Shown: positions 32,593-33,926 of the stretch, in pieces | Numbering within the stretch: position 1 is the first letter of the stretch | Layout of the letters: every line of letters starts with the position of its first letter | IMG/VR virus record: IMGVR_UViG_3300043449_000258 | Location: 1 to 33,926 of that record | DNA from: a virus | Lineage: Duplodnaviria > Caudoviricetes | Strand: one strand, 5' to 3' | Length of the DNA: 33,926 nt | Notes under the pieces: generated by a model | The model's database searches: none | The model's input: the letters and a program-made list of their open reading frames with translations, nothing else | Told to the model about the DNA's origin: nothing | Made by a program: the position numbers and the translations under genes

Positions 32593-33263
32593 GCTGTGCG
32601 TTTCCACATATAAACTGTAATGTAAGGCTGGTAATTAGCGTTTGTCGCGCTTGCGCCTTCTGTGCTGTTGGCTACAGTGATTCCGGTAACTGCTGTGCTT
32701 GTATTTGTAACGGCGGCGCTCCACGCAGTTCCACCACTTACTGCGGTTGTTGCATTCGGATCAAAAGGGAAAGTATGAAAGTGTCCAGGATCAGTAACTG
32801 TTGCAGTATGCGTATGGCTTGGCAAAGTAGCATTCGCAGTGCCGCCAGTTTCTTCAGCCGTATCAAATAAAACATTGCTGGAGTCAAAGCCAACAGGCAC
32901 TCGTCCTGCACCGAATGCTGTCCAAGTGCCGAAGCCTAAGAGCGTGCCGGGGTTGGTCGCATTGGTCGCGTTGATGTAGATTGAACCAACAGGATGCAGA
33001 GCCGCCATTGCCGCCTGCACAAATGCAGTCGTAGCAAGGGCTGTGGTGCTGTTACCAAATGATTGCGTAGTCCCAATAGTTCCAGTTGGCAGCGTTGGAG
33101 TTCCCGTAAACGTAGGCGATGCCAAGTCAGCCTTGGTCGCCACGGCCACTGCAATATTCACAAACTCGGTGTTGATCTCTGTACCCTTAACAATCTTCAG
33201 CGGGTCGCCAGAGGTTAGCGCGTCTTTAGTGGCAAAGTTGGTGCTCTGTACATAATTGCTCAT
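32589..33263 (-). CDS. Short tail fibre/needle protein with Gp10-C-terminal-like domain
   Basis: KADLASPTFTGTP, ATTAFVQAA, HPVGSIY...NPGTLLGFGTWTAFGAGRVPVG, QPYITVYMWKRTA. Confidence 0.75.
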   Translation of the reverse strand: MSNYVQSTNFATKDALTSGDPLKIVKGTEINTEFVNIAVAVATKADLASPTFTGTPTLPTGTIGTTQSFGNSTTALATTAFVQAAMAALHPVGSIYINATNATNPGTLLGFGTWTAFGAGRVPVGFDSSNVLFDTAEETGGTANATLPSHTHTATVTDPGHFHTFPFDPNATTAVSGGTAWSAAVTNTSTAVTGITVANSTEGASATNANYQPYITVYMWKRTA

Positions 33264-33926
33264 ACTGTTTTCCCGTCCTTCGATTGAATCTCAATTCGCT
33301 GAATGGATAACGCAGACCCGTTTATATCTGCCTCATAACCAGTCTGCACGATTTTACCGCTTCCACTAGCAGACACACTTAAAGTCTGCAATGCCACGCC
33401 GTTTGCGTATTCTGATACTACTGTAGCATTTGCACCGTATTCAGCAATGTTGTATTGGCTAACTTTCTGCGTTGGTATTTGAGCGTTGGCTGACAGATAG
33501 TTTGTTGTGAAATCGAACGCCCATTTCATTGTTAAAAATTGATTGGTGCCACCAATCACAACCACCTTCAGCCGTTTGAGTAGAGAGGTTACATTAGCAT
33601 TACCTAAGTCAGCATGGTTGGTGTAATACTGAAAGCGATATGACACCGTGTCGTCTTTTGCGCCGGTATATTTTGCAACATAACCAGTCTTGCCAAGAAA
33701 CAGATCACCATTGCGCCTCGACAATAGCGCCGATGGGTCTATTGAATCCCATGTCGTTATCCTGAAAGCTCCATCTTGCAACTGGCCGCGAGTATCAAAG
33801 CAATATACCTCTTTGACAAACGGCAGCACAAGAAGATAAAAAGCCTCAGTTTCAGAATAAACAGACTTGATGTTTGCAAGTGTTTCACCAGCAATGGTAT
33901 TCATCAGATCGCTACGCACGTTCTTA
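33260..33926 (-). CDS. C-terminal part of the tail nozzle/stabilization protein begun at 895
   Basis: Frame is open to the window end (K-N-V-R-S-D-L...) and joins ...GDLS from position 2; total about 519 aa. Confidence 0.8.
   Translation of the reverse strand, partial: KNVRSDLMNTIAGETLANIKSVYSETEAFYLLVLPFVKEVYCFDTRGQLQDGAFRITTWDSIDPSALLSRRNGDLFLGKTGYVAKYTGAKDDTVSYRFQYYTNHADLGNANVTSLLKRLKVVVIGGTNQFLTMKWAFDFTTNYLSANAQIPTQKVSQYNIAEYGANATVVSEYANGVALQTLSVSASGSGKIVQTGYEADINGSALSIQRIEIQSKDGKTV

Larger units (their letters stand above)
1..33926. mobile_element. Complete circularly permuted podovirus-like dsDNA phage genome (lambdoid replication module, P22-like virion module)
   Basis: Full set of packaging, head, short-tail, lysis, recombination and replication-initiator genes. 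No host housekeeping genes. The ends join in frame across a 2-nt overlap. Confidence 0.95.

Noticed and set aside
1-33926. Stop-codon reassignment or programmed frameshift
   Set aside because: Core genes are intact under the standard code, TAA/TGA/TAG all act as stops at gene junctions, and I found no convincing split gene.

Overview
The window is almost certainly a complete, circularly permuted genome (about 33.9 kb) of a small tailed dsDNA phage. Its morphogenesis genes are P22/podovirus-like: terminase, portal, scaffold, major capsid, adaptor, nozzle and three ejection-type proteins, with no tape measure. Its recombination/replication module is lambdoid: Cro, ERF, YqaJ exonuclease, a DUF1376 + Phg_2220_C initiator, NinB and a Ref-like nuclease. 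The two ends join in frame through a 2-nt (TA) overlap inside the tail nozzle gene. A divergent promoter region at about 20.5 kb separates a short rightward early unit (20603-25833) from one long leftward unit (20469 to 1, wrapping to 33926-25825). I found no integrase, CI-type repressor, DNA/RNA polymerase, helicase/primase, tRNA or CRISPR. The most unusual elements are: (1) a non-coding control region at 16.2-16.5 kb with a 28-bp XerC/XerD dif-like site, a perfect IHF box, nine TGCA motifs and tandem palindromes, directly upstream of a ParB-methyltransferase / double-TerS / ART-toxin-like / TerL cassette; (2) a pre-toxin-TG-like + ADP-ribosyltransferase-fold gene between terS and terL; (3) an XRE-like HTH fused to an RpoD-like sigma region 4 with no sigma-2; (4) two multi-branch RNA leaders that sequester Shine-Dalgarno sequences; (5) a 12-Cys secreted protein heading the lysis cassette. 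All family assignments come from motif recognition by eye; no database searches were run.
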